DNA of 64,000 bases from an uncultured virus (IMG/VR IMGVR_UViG_3300028195_000003) (IMGVR_UViG_3300028195_000003), one strand, 5' to 3'; positions 1 to 10,536 are shown, counted from the stretch's first letter. The notes: generated by a model not told the origin, from the letters alone. Numbers and translations are program-made.

Positions 1-1125
1 GCCGTGCTCGTTGACGCGCTCGCCGCGGACCGAGCGCTGCTCGGGTTCCCTGACCCACACGCCCTTGAAGAAGCCGTCCACGTCGTGCAGGTAGGGCGAG
101 GCACGACCGGAGGGATCCGAACGATCACTGGTCTTCGCAGCGTCCCGCTCATCGAAGGCGCGCCGGCCGAGGTTGACGACCGTGTAGTTCAGAGCGCTCT
201 TGCGGTCCTGCATACGCTGCTTCTTGCCGCGCTTGGGCGGCAGGGTGGGGACCTGAACGGGCTGGCCTACCAGGTAGTCACCGTGCTCGAGCACCATGAA
301 CAGGTTGATGAGCATCTGCCAGATCGCCCCGTCCCCGTTGCTCGCGTAGAAGGGCAGCAGGTCCACGGCGTTGCCGTAGCTGATGTCGAACCACCCCTCG
401 TTGTAGCCGAGATTCTTGACCTTGCCGCTGTCCTGGAACCCCATGTAGCGCCACTTCACGCCCGGGATGTCCTCGTAGATCAACATCGAAGAGATCCGAA
501 GGGTGCGCTCCTCTGCGAACTCCTTCGGACGGTACATGCCCTCGGTGGAGAACTCCATGTCGTCAGCGGTGGCGTCGCGGTCCTTGTTGATCCCGACGTC
601 CACCGTGATGGTCGTCCCCGGCGGCAACACGATGAGCATGGTGCGCCACGGCAGGTAGGGCAAGCGCTCGGCCACCAACGCCTTGGGCACCGCCGTACCC
701 GTCAGCGAATCCATCGTGCCCTCATCCAGAACCCAGACGTGCTGCTGGGCCTCGAAGAGAGACTGAGCCAGCATGTAGGGGAGCTTGATCTTGGTGGTGT
801 GGGCCAGGTTGTTCGGACTCAGGCCGAACATGCGCTGCATGACCAGGGCCGCGAAGACGAAGTCCCTGTCCCCTTTGAGCTTCATCGCGTCATACAGCAG
901 GCTGGACTGCAACGCCTGCTCTGCGACGATGTAGAGCTCTGGGTCGAGCTTGGAGATGATGGCCCGGGCCGCCCGTGGGTCGATCTGGGCCTTGGCCGCC
1001 GCCAGGGCCTCATCGAACTGTTTGACGTAGTCCATGTGAGGCAGGCCCTGATCGAGCCAGTCATAGATCAGCTTGAAGGGGATGGGCTGACCGGCGACGG
1101 TGCCGTGGGTCTTCAGGGTCGACAT
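1..1125 (-). CDS. hypothetical protein, runs off the left window edge
   Basis: Manual translation from ATG at 1125 (MSTLKTHGTVAGQPIPFKLIYDW...) is open to position 1. AGGAGAG RBS upstream. The + strand ORF 4..1185 is its antisense shadow. Confidence 0.75.
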   Translation of the reverse strand, partial: MSTLKTHGTVAGQPIPFKLIYDWLDQGLPHMDYVKQFDEALAAAKAQIDPRAARAIISKLDPELYIVAEQALQSSLLYDAMKLKGDRDFVFAALVMQRMFGLSPNNLAHTTKIKLPYMLAQSLFEAQQHVWVLDEGTMDSLTGTAVPKALVAERLPYLPWRTMLIVLPPGTTITVDVGINKDRDATADDMEFSTEGMYRPKEFAEERTLRISSMLIYEDIPGVKWRYMGFQDSGKVKNLGYNEGWFDISYGNAVDLLPFYASNGDGAIWQMLINLFMVLEHGDYLVGQPVQVPTLPPKRGKKQRMQDRKSALNYTVVNLGRRAFDERDAAKTSDRSDPSGRASPYLHDVDGFFKGVWVREPEQRSVRGERVNEHG

Positions 1126-1138
1126 GTCTCTCTCCTGT

Positions 1139-2977
1139 TCAAAACTCGGTCTCGATGGTTCCTGAGTGCTGCTGCAGCTCCCTGACGGCGGAATCGACCA
1201 GCACTGGGAGTGTCCTGTCGCGCTCGGCCTTGTGCTCAACTCGACGCCGATGCATCTCTTCTACCTGGCGCTCGTACTCCGCCCACACCTCGGCGGGAGC
1301 CTCGACATACGGCTCCTCTGGCTTGACCCAGAAGGTGCTCTGGCTGCAGGCGTCCACCGCTCGCCTTGTGGCTTCGGTGTCATCTCCCATGGATCGGAGA
1401 TGACGCGTCACCTCGTGGTCGAAGACGATCCCAGCGTCCACGCATGGACCGGACGTCTCCGAGGCGAGGTTCGAAAAAACCACACCACGTTTCATCTGCT
1501 CATGCAGCCACCAGGCGATGCGCAAGGTAGCGATGCCCTCGGCGATGGATCCGTTGCGGTGGCCGTGCATCTGGTTCACGAACCAGTCGTCCTCTCCATC
1601 CCCCTCGTCCTCGCGACGGACCAACTCCAAGGTCGCCACCGGCGCTCCCCACTCCTGATCTTCCGTGTACTCGGGCCTTGCACGAGGCGGCATACGATAG
1701 CTGACATAGCGCCCGTTCCCCGCACGCATCTCATCGTAGTAGCCGGCCCGACCGATGCAGTGGGCCATGCTCATGCCCTCGCCGGTGAAGCTACGTGGAT
1801 CACGAAGCTCGACGAGCTTGGCGCCGTCCGGCCAGCTGGCCAGGATGACGTCACGATCCCGAATCTCGACAGGCTGTGCCTCTTCGACGCTGCCCTGGAT
1901 GAGTCTCTCGTCCTCCTCACGGATAATGTCGAGGTGCATCCGATGGGCGCCCTCTACCGCAGAGCTCAGGCTGTGGTTCGCCAAGTTCGGGTGCTCGTCC
2001 AGGTACCAGTCGGCGATCCCAGGCAGCTCATCCCCGATCCTGCGCAGCAGAAGGTTCCTGACCTTGACCCAGTGAATGGCCGAGGCGAACAGCAGCACCT
2101 TGCATAGACTCTCTCTGGCGTAGTCGACGTTGTCCTCATCGTCCCAGTCAGGGTTCTCGTCAGAGGCCCATTCGAGCAGACGGCTCAGCCCATTCCCCTG
2201 CTTGTCGGAGACAACATCACCGACGGGCTCTCTTGGATAGGCGAGCCACCGAGCACAACCATGGGGCGTCTCCATGTCGTCCATGTACGTTCCGCCACCG
2301 TTCATCTCGCTCAGCACATCCTCCAGCGGTGTCCATTTCCCGTCACGGCCGCCGTCACCGAAGCGCACCTCGGCGAACTCGAGGGGGCGTTGGCTCCTGG
2401 GCAACCAGGCGATCTCGATCCACTCATCACCGCACTCGAAGTGGGCGATGACCATCGAATCGAGCCTCGAACGCAGATCGACGCGGATCTCCGACGGCTC
2501 GATGGCCGCGCCATCGACGCGACCGTTGGCCGAAAAGGAGGGAGCGGACATGTCATCTTCGATCGTTCCCTCACGCGACCAATCATCGACCCAGTCCCAG
2601 TCGATGGGGTTGGTCTCCCCAGACTCGTACCACGCGTCGACCCCCATCTTGTAGCGCGCCGACTCACTGTCGAGGTCTTCGTGGGAGAAGGGCCCCGAGA
2701 GCCAGGCGGCCAGCTGTGGGATCAGCGGCTCGATCCTCAACCTGAATCTGGGCTTCCAGTCTGGAAGCAATCCGGACAGCCCCATTCCAGCATAGGCCAC
2801 CACAACCTGCAACCAAGGCGCGGCCTCGGGGTGCTGGGAGAGGGCCCAGCCCATGCGGCGCTCGAAGCTGCTGCGCTCGTCACGCTCGATGGACGTCAGC
2901 CCGAGCCGGCCTCGAAGCTGCTGCAGAACACCACGGCGCTGGAGGGTGGTGGCGAGGATTGGCAGGACGGAGATCAT
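1139..2977 (-). CDS. PcfJ-like domain protein (paralog 1)
   Basis: FTGEGMSMAHCIG...YVSYR...ATLEL...QMHGHRN motif. Start MISVLP overlaps the upstream stop (ATGA). Confidence 0.7.
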   Translation of the reverse strand: MISVLPILATTLQRRGVLQQLRGRLGLTSIERDERSSFERRMGWALSQHPEAAPWLQVVVAYAGMGLSGLLPDWKPRFRLRIEPLIPQLAAWLSGPFSHEDLDSESARYKMGVDAWYESGETNPIDWDWVDDWSREGTIEDDMSAPSFSANGRVDGAAIEPSEIRVDLRSRLDSMVIAHFECGDEWIEIAWLPRSQRPLEFAEVRFGDGGRDGKWTPLEDVLSEMNGGGTYMDDMETPHGCARWLAYPREPVGDVVSDKQGNGLSRLLEWASDENPDWDDEDNVDYARESLCKVLLFASAIHWVKVRNLLLRRIGDELPGIADWYLDEHPNLANHSLSSAVEGAHRMHLDIIREEDERLIQGSVEEAQPVEIRDRDVILASWPDGAKLVELRDPRSFTGEGMSMAHCIGRAGYYDEMRAGNGRYVSYRMPPRARPEYTEDQEWGAPVATLELVRREDEGDGEDDWFVNQMHGHRNGSIAEGIATLRIAWWLHEQMKRGVVFSNLASETSGPCVDAGIVFDHEVTRHLRSMGDDTEATRRAVDACSQSTFWVKPEEPYVEAPAEVWAEYERQVEEMHRRRVEHKAERDRTLPVLVDSAVRELQQHSGTIETEF

Positions 2978-4545
2978 GGAAGCGCTCCCTCGAGCTCCGT
3001 GTGGGTGTCCGTCAAGAAGCTGGTGTCCACGAGCCACTCACCACCGGGGACGTCCACCTTGGCCCAGTCCGGGAGCCCGGTCCGGGGGTAGACGATCTGA
3101 ACGTGGCCGGTGCCGAAGATGGTATCGGACAACAGCCGGAACAGGGACGAGCCGGTGTAGTTGTCGGTCATCAGGATGTCGTCGGCGTCCCAGGGGTAGC
3201 AGTATGTCGCCCATTGGATAGCCAGGTCTTCGGCAGAGACATACAGCTCAGCGCAGAAGGCGTCGAGGTCCAGCTCGACGGCCCAGGCCAGCGGGGTGCT
3301 GTCCTTGAAGGCCTCGGTGTTGGGAGCGCGACGGATGACCAGCCTGTCTCCAGCCAGCTCTTTCAACAGGTTGACGGTCTCGTGACACTCATTGATGATC
3401 ACGGTGTTGACGGCATGATCCGCCAACTGCTGCCACTGGGTGATGAGAGCAGCCTCCTCCGCCGTCGTCTCGCCCTCGTAATCCCTCGACTCGGCGAGCT
3501 GACGAATGCGGTCCTCGATGCCGCCCAGCTCGATGAAGGCCTCCTTGCTGCGCTCCATGGCCGCCTGGGGAATACGACTCTCGGGGACGAGGATCGGCAC
3601 GTACATGCCGACACCAGCCCCGCCGGTCTCGACCCCGGCCTCCTTCAGCACCGGGATCAGGCGTCCACACAGCTCGAAGGGCACACCGGCGTTGTCCGGG
3701 CCGAGAGCCTCGTCGAGATAGGGTCTGTAGCCGTTCTTGTACAAAAGCGAAATGTCAGCGAGCGGTGACCCTTCAGCGTCCCGGTAGGACAGCACGGTCT
3801 TCTCCCCGTCCTTGACCTCCTCCCACTGCCACTTCGCGCCGATGCAGTTGCGCATCAGGTGGCCCTCGGCCTCCATCTGCTTGCGGGTGTACAGCCGCTG
3901 CAGGGTGGCGCCGTCGGTCCACTGGTACAGCACCAGGCCAGGTCGCGGACCATCGGTCCCTGCCACAGCGGCCTGCTGCGTCCAGTGAGCCCGGCTGGCA
4001 ACGAAGGCGTCCTCGAAGCTCAGGCCCTCGAGCGCTCCGGGTCCGACCTCGCGGACCCAGTCCACGATCTCGCGCAGGGCGTTGCCATCCATAGCGAGCT
4101 CATCATCCATGTCGGCGATCTGTCCCAGCGCCAATGAGATCACGTACAACTCCAGCGGATTGACCATGGCGTCCATGGACGTCCGCATCGGACGCGCAGG
4201 GAGAGCCTCGAAGTGCTTGGCCATCGCGGAAGCCTGCGGGTCCTCCACTATCAGCCCCCGAGCCCGCTCCAGCTGGACCTTGGCCACCGTCACCATCCAT
4301 GGGATCATCGGGTCAATCGGCTGGTACAGGGCCGAGTACGGCTCGAAACCCGCTGTGCTGACCATGGCGACGAGGATCTGTCGCACAGCCACACCGTGAT
4401 CGGACTGGACCCGGTCCAGGCGTCCCCGCGTCCCGGTGTGGGCCGTCTGGCGCAGATCGAGCCTGTTCTTCAGCTCGTTGGCCGCGGCCTGACGCTCCCT
4501 GTCGGGCGCGGTGAGCAGGACACTGGCGATGGTGGTCGGATTCAT
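2974..4545 (-). CDS. PcfJ-like domain protein (paralog 2)
   Basis: QMEAEGHLMRNCIG...VLSYRDAEG motif. Confidence 0.7.
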   Translation of the reverse strand: MNPTTIASVLLTAPDRERQAAANELKNRLDLRQTAHTGTRGRLDRVQSDHGVAVRQILVAMVSTAGFEPYSALYQPIDPMIPWMVTVAKVQLERARGLIVEDPQASAMAKHFEALPARPMRTSMDAMVNPLELYVISLALGQIADMDDELAMDGNALREIVDWVREVGPGALEGLSFEDAFVASRAHWTQQAAVAGTDGPRPGLVLYQWTDGATLQRLYTRKQMEAEGHLMRNCIGAKWQWEEVKDGEKTVLSYRDAEGSPLADISLLYKNGYRPYLDEALGPDNAGVPFELCGRLIPVLKEAGVETGGAGVGMYVPILVPESRIPQAAMERSKEAFIELGGIEDRIRQLAESRDYEGETTAEEAALITQWQQLADHAVNTVIINECHETVNLLKELAGDRLVIRRAPNTEAFKDSTPLAWAVELDLDAFCAELYVSAEDLAIQWATYCYPWDADDILMTDNYTGSSLFRLLSDTIFGTGHVQIVYPRTGLPDWAKVDVPGGEWLVDTSFLTDTHTELEGALP

Positions 4546-4695
4546 GGCCTACACCTATCACCTGCTACTGTGGGTGGCAACGCTGGTGAGCGTGATGTCG
4601 AGGAGCACGGCGAGCATGGGACCATCCTACCTCACCCATGCCGCCTCTGCCTCCCTCGTGCTATGCTCCAACCGCGCCACGAGACAGGAGCCATC

Positions 4696-5211
4696 GTGCC
4701 TATCATCATCCAAGCACCCCGGTTCATGGACCTGATGGGGAAGTTCTTTGGCGGCATCACGCCCTCGGGAATGTCCATCTGGCCGCTGATCCTCGTTCGC
4801 GACAAGGCGAAGCTGTCCGAGACCACCCTGCGCCACGAGGCCATCCACAACAAGCAGCAGAAAGAGCTGACCTACGTGGCCGCGGCGATCCTCGCGATCG
4901 TATTCCTGCCCATCGTGCTGTTCGGTCTACCCGCCATCATCGTGGCCCCCTTCGCCGTCCTGGCCTTCCCAAATGCCCTGCAGGGGCTGATCTACGGTGC
5001 CTTCCACGTCGTCGGGATCGTGCTGTTCAACGGGGCGGAACACCCCGTCAAACGGGCCTATCGGTCCAATCCATTCGAGCTCGAGGCCTACGGCAATGAC
5101 GAGGACCCTGGCTATCTGATCCAGCGCAGGCTGTTCGGCTGGCTGTGGTACGTCAGCGCCTGGCGGGAGCGCATCGAGAAGTTCGACGCCAAGCGGACCG
5201 AAGAGGAGTAG
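4696..5211 (+). CDS. membrane-associated HExxH zincin-like protein
   Basis: GTG start after AGGAG. RHEAIHNKQQ motif, two hydrophobic segments, AYRSNPFELEAY motif. Confidence 0.7.
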   Translation: MPIIIQAPRFMDLMGKFFGGITPSGMSIWPLILVRDKAKLSETTLRHEAIHNKQQKELTYVAAAILAIVFLPIVLFGLPAIIVAPFAVLAFPNALQGLIYGAFHVVGIVLFNGAEHPVKRAYRSNPFELEAYGNDEDPGYLIQRRLFGWLWYVSAWRERIEKFDAKRTEEE

Positions 5212-5214
5212 CCC

Positions 5215-5898
5215 ATGGCCCTGAAACGATTCGAGGCTCGCTGGATCCGGACCGACACCGCTGACTACAGCGCGATGATGGTGGTCCCGGGCCGTGAGTT
5301 CACCCTCATGCTGCTCGGCCAAGTCCGGGGCGAGCCCCAGACCATCAGCTCCGCACGGTCAGCGCTGGCCTCGGCGGGACACCGCCCACTGGGCATCACC
5401 AACGCCGGCATCTTCCACACCGGCCAGGTCCCCGTGGGGCTGTTCATCGAAGGGGGCATCACCAAGCGGCCCCTCGATCTCCAAGACGGCCACGGTAACT
5501 TCTACATGAAGCCCAACGGGGTCTTCTCCTGGGGCCCCCGATCCGGGTTCTCCATCGAGCTCAGCGAAGACTGGTCCAAGCGCTCCGACACCCTCCTGGC
5601 GACCCAGTCCGGACCCATGCTGCTGAAGGACGGCCGGAGACACCCCGCCTTCAGGGAGGACTCCGTCAACACCGCCATCCGCAGCGGTGTCGGGATCACG
5701 AGCCGCGACAAGGTCGTCTTCGCCATCTCCGATACCCCCGTGACCTTCTGGGACTTCGCCGGCTTCTTCCTCTCTCAGGGCTGTGAGAGCGCCCTGTACC
5801 TGGACGGAGCCATCTCGGACATGTGGACCCCTATCCGTCCCCAGAAGCGCCAGGACCGCTACGCGGGCCTGATCTGCATCGTGGAGAACCCCAGATGA
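5215..5898 (+). CDS. phosphodiester glycosidase (NAGPA/YigE-like) family protein
   Basis: NAGIF, GNFYMKPNGVF, TQSGPML, RSGVG and ALYLDG motifs. Confidence 0.85.
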   Translation: MALKRFEARWIRTDTADYSAMMVVPGREFTLMLLGQVRGEPQTISSARSALASAGHRPLGITNAGIFHTGQVPVGLFIEGGITKRPLDLQDGHGNFYMKPNGVFSWGPRSGFSIELSEDWSKRSDTLLATQSGPMLLKDGRRHPAFREDSVNTAIRSGVGITSRDKVVFAISDTPVTFWDFAGFFLSQGCESALYLDGAISDMWTPIRPQKRQDRYAGLICIVENPR

Positions 5899-6311
5899 GC
5901 GCCGCCCAGACCATGCTCGAGCACCGCTACGGTGGACTGTTCGGTCGCAAGCGCCGCTTCCGTGGACCTCTCGATGTCAACCCCCTGGTCAACATCCTCT
6001 TCCCACTGCTGAAAGGCGACAAGGAGGAAGCCCTCGAGGGCGCCAGGTACCACCGCAAGGGTGCCAAGCGCGCCCAGTGGTTCTTCATGCCCGAGCCGGC
6101 CAAGAAGGCGGGGGCCGTGATGGAGCCGGTCTTCGAACGCATCGAGCGGGGGATCGAAGGGGAGACGGGGCAGGCTGATATGGACGATGCCGTCTTCGCA
6201 GGGGTGGCCGAGGCCTTCGGAGAAATGCAAGGACGGATCCACCTCGACCCTACAGGGCTATGTAACGGTCGCTGGCGGACCCAAGAACTACCTACTTCAG
6301 GGATACTGTGA
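5895..6311 (+). CDS. hypothetical protein
   Basis: ATGA overlap with the previous gene; begins MSAAQTMLEHRY. Confidence 0.55.
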   Translation: MSAAQTMLEHRYGGLFGRKRRFRGPLDVNPLVNILFPLLKGDKEEALEGARYHRKGAKRAQWFFMPEPAKKAGAVMEPVFERIERGIEGETGQADMDDAVFAGVAEAFGEMQGRIHLDPTGLCNGRWRTQELPTSGIL

Positions 6312-6401
6312 AATCACGAACGCAGGAGACGGCATGGGCAAGGCCCTGGACACGGGGGAGAACGAGGTATATTCGAGCATCTTGATCGAGAGGATCGCCT
6401 G

Positions 6402-6485
6402 ATGATCGCCACCCTCGCCATCGCTGCGCTTGGGGCTGCCGCGGCCTCGGCCGCACGACGTAATACCCTGGAGATGAGACCATGA
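6402..6485 (+). CDS. 27-aa peptide or remnant consisting almost only of the shared hydrophobic leader
   Basis: MIATLAIAALGAAAASAARR resembles the N-termini of the 7663 and 8126 genes. GAGG RBS; stop overlaps the next ATG. Confidence 0.45.
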   Translation: MIATLAIAALGAAAASAARRNTLEMRP

Positions 6486-7657
6486 GCCAAGACGCCCTGA
6501 GCACCATCCTCGACCACCGCTACGATGTCATCGCCAAAGGCGTCTCCAGCGACACGGGCCTGGACATGGACGAGATCCTGGACACCATCGCGGAACAGGC
6601 CGCCGAAGACGAGCTCTACGGCAGAGGCATTCACATCTCGCCACTGGGTCTGTTGATATTCGGTAGTGAGATCAAGGAGATCAAGGAGACGAGGGACTTC
6701 CAGCGTGCCGTGCACCTGGCTATGGACATCGCCGGATCCGTTCCAGGCTTCGGTGAGCCCTTCGATCTGGCCAACGCGATCCTCTACCTGGCATGGGACA
6801 GGCCGTCCAAGACGTTCTACGCCTTCTTGAGCCTGCTCGGGGCCATCCCCCTCATCGGCTCCTTCTTCGTCTTCGGCAAGGTCCCGGTGCGGCTGATCGC
6901 CACCAACGCCAAGGCCATCTCGTCGATGATCGACGCCCTCGGATCCTTCGGTGGTCTCGAGAAGCACATCCCCGAGCTGCGCAGGTACCTGGACCAGATC
7001 ATCACCAGCGCCAAGGCCGGGGACGAGAGCCTGGAGATCCCGGCCGAGTACCTGGCCAAGAGCGCCGACTCCGCCGCGACGGTGGCAGCTCAGGCCGGCA
7101 AGGCGGTGAGCAAGACCTCTGCGGTCAGGACCATCGTCGACGAGCTCGGATCCATCATCGCTGCGGCGAGAAAGGTCCCCGGGAACAGTGGGGACGTCCT
7201 CCTGTTCAGGGGAACGACGAAGGCCATGGATACCCCCGTCCCGTTCACAGCGGCAGATCAGGCGCGCTGGGATCACATCTGGAAGCTCATAGGAGGCTAC
7301 CACCGCTCCGGGAAGGACATCCCGCCAGCGCTGATGCGCGAGGGCGACGCGCTGTGGACCAAGGCCAGGGCGTCCACCCAGTTCTTCACCGACTCCTACG
7401 AGCAGGCGCGCTTCTACGCGACAGGGATGGGCAAGGGGAGCGACGGATTCATCTCTGCCATTCGCGTTCCAGGGGACATCGCTTTCGAGCTCGGAAAGTT
7501 CGCCAGGAGCCCCATGCCGGGCCCACACGGGCTGTCGGCGACCTATGAGCTCTCGGCCGAGATGATCCAGAAGTACCTGGACAAGATCGTTCGAATGAGA
7601 GTCCCAGGGATCGTCTACGATGGCGCCGCCATGGCTTCACATGGGGTTACGTTGTAG
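6482..7657 (+). CDS. pre-toxin-TG-like segment plus putative ART-like C-terminal domain
   Basis: DIAGSVPGFGEPFDLANAILY...AIPLIG motif and LLFRGT...QFFTD.YEQA..YA. Clear paralog of 10537..11724. Confidence 0.55.
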   Translation: MSQDALSTILDHRYDVIAKGVSSDTGLDMDEILDTIAEQAAEDELYGRGIHISPLGLLIFGSEIKEIKETRDFQRAVHLAMDIAGSVPGFGEPFDLANAILYLAWDRPSKTFYAFLSLLGAIPLIGSFFVFGKVPVRLIATNAKAISSMIDALGSFGGLEKHIPELRRYLDQIITSAKAGDESLEIPAEYLAKSADSAATVAAQAGKAVSKTSAVRTIVDELGSIIAAARKVPGNSGDVLLFRGTTKAMDTPVPFTAADQARWDHIWKLIGGYHRSGKDIPPALMREGDALWTKARASTQFFTDSYEQARFYATGMGKGSDGFISAIRVPGDIAFELGKFARSPMPGPHGLSATYELSAEMIQKYLDKIVRMRVPGIVYDGAAMASHGVTL

Positions 7658-7662
7658 ACACC

Positions 7663-8124
7663 ATGCTCCTGCCCATCGCCATCGCTGTGCTCGGAACCGC
7701 CGCGGCCTCGGCTGCGCAGCGGTCAGGTACGATCTCGTCCTCCAGGGGACACCTCGAGGACCGGCTGACCGGCTCGGATCGCTGGTACCACGTCACCCAA
7801 GCCAGCAGGCTGCCGGCCATCCTCCAAGACGGCATGCGGTCCGACTACGGGATCTGTGGCAGCGGCGTCTACCTGTTCGACGAGCTGCGCTTCACCATGG
7901 AGCAGCTTGACCAGTTCGATGAGGGCGAAGAGCTAATCGTCCTGTCGATCGCCTGTTCGAGCGAGGACGAGACCCGGATCGAGCCCTGTGACCTGTCGAT
8001 GGTGGAGAGCGAGGGCGACACGGACTACTACGAGCACGTCCACCTGTACCACGCCCAGCCAGGAGAACTCTGGAGACCGTCATCCGTCGAGATCGCCTGG
8101 CGTGGATGGGTCGACGAGGCTTGA
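7663..8124 (+). CDS. hydrophobic leader plus ART-like (Tpt1/KptA-type) domain
   Basis: WYHVTQASRLPAILQDG...GVYLF motif. Confidence 0.55.
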   Translation: MLLPIAIAVLGTAAASAAQRSGTISSSRGHLEDRLTGSDRWYHVTQASRLPAILQDGMRSDYGICGSGVYLFDELRFTMEQLDQFDEGEELIVLSIACSSEDETRIEPCDLSMVESEGDTDYYEHVHLYHAQPGELWRPSSVEIAWRGWVDEA

Positions 8125-8185
8125 GATGATCATCCCCATCGCCATCGCTGTGCTCGGAACCGCCGCGGCCTCGGCTGCGCAGCGG
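7672..8185 (+). repeat. 51-bp identical direct repeat (7672-7722 and 8135-8185)
   Basis: cccatcgccatcgctgtgctcggaaccgccgcggcctcggctgcgcagcgg occurs twice and encodes PIAIAVLGTAAASAAQR. Confidence 0.9.
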
Positions 8186-10468
8186 GACGAGGAAGAGAGC
8201 GATCGTGAGGATCGGCTGAAGGAGCGGCTCTCGGGTCCCGACACGAGCCGCTGCGAGATCCCGCCGAGAGAACACGACAGCGAAAAAGAGATCGAGAGGC
8301 AACGGAAGATCATCCGCTGCTGGTGGCAACTGTACGGAGGCGGCCGCACCATCAGCTACGACGATCTTCCCGCCGAGGCCAAGAGCTCCTTGGTGTGGCA
8401 GAGCGATGGGACCGACTACTACGGAGATCCCGACGAGACCAGGGAACGGTACAAGGACGTGGGCTTGGCCCTCTTCCGGGTCCCCATGAGCGAGCTGGTC
8501 CGGGCCGTCTGCACCATGATCTACGTCGAGAGGGACTTCGGTGGAGACTTCGAGGCCTACCGTCGTTGGTACACCAAGGGCGAGCCACCGGGCTCCTACG
8601 CCCACAAAAGCTCACGCTACGAATCGGACGACTGGCCGGTCATCCTCCACGAATGGAGCGAGGAGTTCATGCTCGACGGTTGGCACAGGTTCCACACCTA
8701 CTACGGCCGGGGCAACGACAGCGTGCCCGTCCTCATCACGGGGATCGATCGCTACGAAGTGGAGCCCGGGTCTACGCCTGGTGTGGGACAACGTGTCGGC
8801 TCGGGCGACTACGGTGGCCAGCCATGGCTCTACCACGCCACGGCCCGGTCCAACCTGGAGTCCATCCTCGAGCACGGGCTCATCCCAGGACACGGCACCG
8901 CCCTCGGCTCCTCCGTGAAGGACCACGCCTCCGACCGGGTGTTCTTCAGCACCCAGCCCGACAAGTGGCTCGACCCCGGAGAGGACCACGTCCTGCTGCG
9001 TGTGGAGACCGACAGCGTTCGATGCCTCTACGACGGCGGGGAGTGGCTGCATGACGGAGACGATGAGACGGTCATCGAGGGGCGCCTGGCGGACTGCTAC
9101 ACGACCCGGACGGTTCGGCCGGAGCTGGTAGAGGTCGTGGACGACCGTCAACCCGAAGACGATGAGCGAGCTCTGATCATCGTGCACCTCTCCTCCCTGG
9201 ACAGCTTCGGCTCCGAGCTCAACCAGCGTGTCAAGGAGGCCATCATAGACTTCGACGGCCTGGTGATCGTCCTGGACCAAGACTGGGAAGATCCACCCAG
9301 GGACAGACAGCGCATCTACGAAGCCATGCTCCATCGTGATGGGCCCATCATCGTACAGTGGCACGACGAGGACTGCTCCACCGAAGATCTCCCCGAGCCG
9401 TTCGATGACGCCTGGGAGTGGCTCGAGTCGTGGCTCCCGGCCATGCTGAGAGAGAACGACATCGAAGATGTCACCCTCGGTGGCGCATGGTGGTTCAGAG
9501 ACGGAACGTCAGGCTGCGTGAACGGTGTCGAAGACATCCTGCAGAGCTGGCTCGAGACCAGCACGGGAGGCGGGTTCCTGAAGTCGGTGACCGTCGACGA
9601 GAGCCTGGTGGGCGAGGATGAGGCCGGCGACCATCGCCTCGCCAACCCCCCAGAAGGGGAGGCCAAGACGGCCCTGCTGCTACGGGCCGCGAAGATCCTC
9701 CGCGCATACGACCCCGAGATGTTCGATGGGGGCTGCAACGAGACGGCCGCCGTTCTGGAGCAGGTCGCCAGGCAGCTCGGGATTCCAGGCGTCGTAGCGG
9801 TCTATGGGAACGCTTGGGCTGTAGACCCGGACAGCCCAGAGTGGAAAAGCGTGCTGGAGCAGGACCCCTTCTGGCTCCCACACCACGCCTGGCTCGAGGT
9901 GGATGGCCAGGTCTTCGACCCCAGCTGGAAGCTGCAGGGGCTGGTGGGGGCCCGCTACGAGAACACAGGGGACACCAGGGAGGACCGCCTGGACTGGTAC
10001 GATCGGGAGGACTGGTGGTTCTGGGTCGAGCACGTACTGAGGGAGATCGAGAAGCCCGAGAAGGGCATTCCGGCCATCACCACCAGCAAGCTGCTGTACC
10101 ACGGCACCTCCGCCCACCAGCTCGAGCGGCTGAAGGCCTCCGGGTGGAACGCTGGGCTGATCTACCTGTCGAGCAACCCCGACGAAGCCAACGGCTACGC
10201 GGACCGGAAGGTCGAACAGGACGAGATGGACGACGGGGTGGATCCAGAAGACAACGACAGCGTCATGCTGTCCCTGAACCTCGACATCCTCGAGCGCACA
10301 GGAGAGCTCATGCCGGACTGGGACGACATGCAGTCGGCGTGGAGCCTCGGAGAGATCGATAGGCCCCCGGACCAGGTGAGCTGGTCGGAGTCGCTGGACT
10401 TCGGCAACACATGCTCCTACACCGGGCCCCTCGAGGAAGCCATCGTGAAGGTCGAGCGGTGGAGCTGA
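8126..10468 (+). CDS. polyvalent multidomain protein (ParB-like, two ART-like, isochorismatase-like, Cys-His-Asp papain-like segments)
   Basis: MLDGWHR; LYHATARSNLESILEHGL..VFFS; RALIIVH..LGG..GCV; GGCNE..HAWLEVDGQVFDPS; LYHGTS..IYLS..A.GYA. Confidence 0.6.
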   Translation: MIIPIAIAVLGTAAASAAQRDEEESDREDRLKERLSGPDTSRCEIPPREHDSEKEIERQRKIIRCWWQLYGGGRTISYDDLPAEAKSSLVWQSDGTDYYGDPDETRERYKDVGLALFRVPMSELVRAVCTMIYVERDFGGDFEAYRRWYTKGEPPGSYAHKSSRYESDDWPVILHEWSEEFMLDGWHRFHTYYGRGNDSVPVLITGIDRYEVEPGSTPGVGQRVGSGDYGGQPWLYHATARSNLESILEHGLIPGHGTALGSSVKDHASDRVFFSTQPDKWLDPGEDHVLLRVETDSVRCLYDGGEWLHDGDDETVIEGRLADCYTTRTVRPELVEVVDDRQPEDDERALIIVHLSSLDSFGSELNQRVKEAIIDFDGLVIVLDQDWEDPPRDRQRIYEAMLHRDGPIIVQWHDEDCSTEDLPEPFDDAWEWLESWLPAMLRENDIEDVTLGGAWWFRDGTSGCVNGVEDILQSWLETSTGGGFLKSVTVDESLVGEDEAGDHRLANPPEGEAKTALLLRAAKILRAYDPEMFDGGCNETAAVLEQVARQLGIPGVVAVYGNAWAVDPDSPEWKSVLEQDPFWLPHHAWLEVDGQVFDPSWKLQGLVGARYENTGDTREDRLDWYDREDWWFWVEHVLREIEKPEKGIPAITTSKLLYHGTSAHQLERLKASGWNAGLIYLSSNPDEANGYADRKVEQDEMDDGVDPEDNDSVMLSLNLDILERTGELMPDWDDMQSAWSLGEIDRPPDQVSWSESLDFGNTCSYTGPLEEAIVKVERWS

Positions 10469-10536
10469 GCGCTACAAATCCATCCGCACACGGCGCCTAT
10501 CCCACGATATGATTCCAGGCAGCGAAAGGATCCCAC

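Noticed and set aside
4..1185. Long + strand ORF, and similar ORFs at 17121-18632, 22278-23411, 44507-45856 and 48718-50016
   Set aside because: Antisense shadows of real genes in high-GC DNA; the opposite strand has the RBS and the motifs
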